A stretch of 64,000 bases of DNA from Azolla caroliniana (Eukaryota; Plantae; Polypodiophyta). Positions 62,593 through 64,000 of the stretch are shown here, piece by piece. The DNA is taken from assembly GCA_043228905.1 (NCBI GenBank), contig JBHGNT010000015.1, positions 19,468,001-19,532,000 on the forward strand, in the 5' to 3' direction. The translations under genes and the position numbers were made by a program. The notes under the pieces are model-generated. The model searched no databases. It was not told where the DNA came from and was given only the letters and a program-made list of their open reading frames with translations. How positions within the stretch are numbered: position 1 is the stretch's first letter; the number at the start of each line of letters is the position of its first letter.

Positions 62593-64000
62593 CTGAATTA
62601 AGAGATATGTATGAAATATGTAATCGAGAAAGAGAAATTTGGGTTTCAAACACAAGATGTAGTACTTGTAGTGTAATAACTTACCATTAGGGTAAGCTAA
62701 TTACAATAAGAGAATTGGGTTTTGAACCCAAGACATTGCCAATTACAACATTGATCGATCAATCTTTTAGCCATGGGGAATACAATGAGGAAGAACCCGT
62801 ACCAAAATGTTTATAGTTCACATAAAACACATTTCCTTACTCACGGACCATTTAATGTGGCTCTACTCCTTTGATCAAGCTTCAAGGGATGAGTACTGTC
62901 AATTGGAGATGTATCTTTGATCAAATTTTAAAATATCTTGAGATAAGGAAAGTCTAGTTACAAAAGTATTTGTACCTTGATATACTCTTTTAATCTATTT
63001 CTACCAATCATGTCTTTATTTATCAATATTAGATATCATATATAGTGGGATTTCTTTCGTTTTCTCTCATGGACACAATAATATTGCAAATCCATACTAT
63101 TGCAACGAAACAATTGATCAATTACAAGGAAATGATTGGACATACCAAAGTTCAAACCATATAATGTCATTCAAAGTACGACAAGCAATCACTCTCTTGG
63201 CTCTCTTGGCAATTGTAATCATGATTCAATTTAGAAAGGTGTAGAGATACTTACATAGAGCATATTGCATCAATAAAATGTGTTGTGACCAAGAGCTCGA
63301 GTACGGAAAGCACCTCATATCACAACATTGAATAATGTTTCCCAACATCTATAATCATTGCATCAACTTCTCCCAGTTGAGCACAATCATCCCACTTCTT
63401 ATGCAGGTATATACATTCTCCACTTGAGCATAAGAGTGATCTTATAGAAAATGTAAATGAGTACCCCAATGTGTGTGTCTTCAATATTCTTTAAAGGATA
63501 TTTTTATAACCCTTTTGATGGGTTCCATAAGTCATATCCTTTGTCTACCGATGAGTCACATGCAATTTTTTATAGGTTCCGCAGGTAAGTTGAATAGCCT
63601 CTTGAAGACTATAATGGATTATCATTTGTTTTTAATAACCTCTCTTAGGCATTGTAAACTAACCTTAAGATCTTACACATTTCTTGACGTATCTTCTTTT
63701 CCTACTTTTTGTTTAGAATAGTGGGTTTCGATAGCTAAATTTCTACCAAATTCACTATGACCATAAGGGGAAGTATGCTTCCTTGTTGTTTAGTTGTAAG
63801 ATAAACCCACAATCTATTTAATATATGCAATAGAAGGTTGTTTTGGGTGTTATTATAAACATATGGACATACACGTTCATATCTCACAATCAGAAATAGT
63901 TAAAAAGATGACCACTTTCGAGTTGTGATGTATATGTTGTAGGAAACAATTTTTAATCATATTCAATTGTTCAATATCAATTCATCTTTAAGTAATTTAC

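Overview
Eukaryotic land-plant nuclear DNA: AT-rich, with GT-AG introns. The gene style and PPR type suggest a non-seed plant such as a fern, which is an inference. Six host genes were read out. (1) An unusual two-exon secreted ApoD-type lipocalin with a ~180-aa helical insertion (423-2753, +). (2) A PUB13-class U-box/ARM E3 ligase (+). (3) An intronless PLS-E PPR protein (+). (4) A plant-specific casein kinase 1-like kinase of the MLK/PPK/HD16 family (-). (5) WDR6/TRM734 (+). (6) The senescence-associated chloroplast protein AAF/SPA15/OSA15 (+). Mobile DNA includes a nearly pristine, very CCGG-rich Ty1/copia element with LTRs, TSD, PBS, PPT and an intact gag-pol. Also present are an older copia derivative lacking RT/RNase H, a hAT MITE with an 8-bp TSD, LINE remnants of two kinds, a tRNA-derived SINE-like head, a probable decayed Ty3/gypsy relic and many tandem arrays. 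The most novel-looking feature is the lipocalin with the inserted helical domain. Exon boundaries were read by eye and need transcript confirmation.
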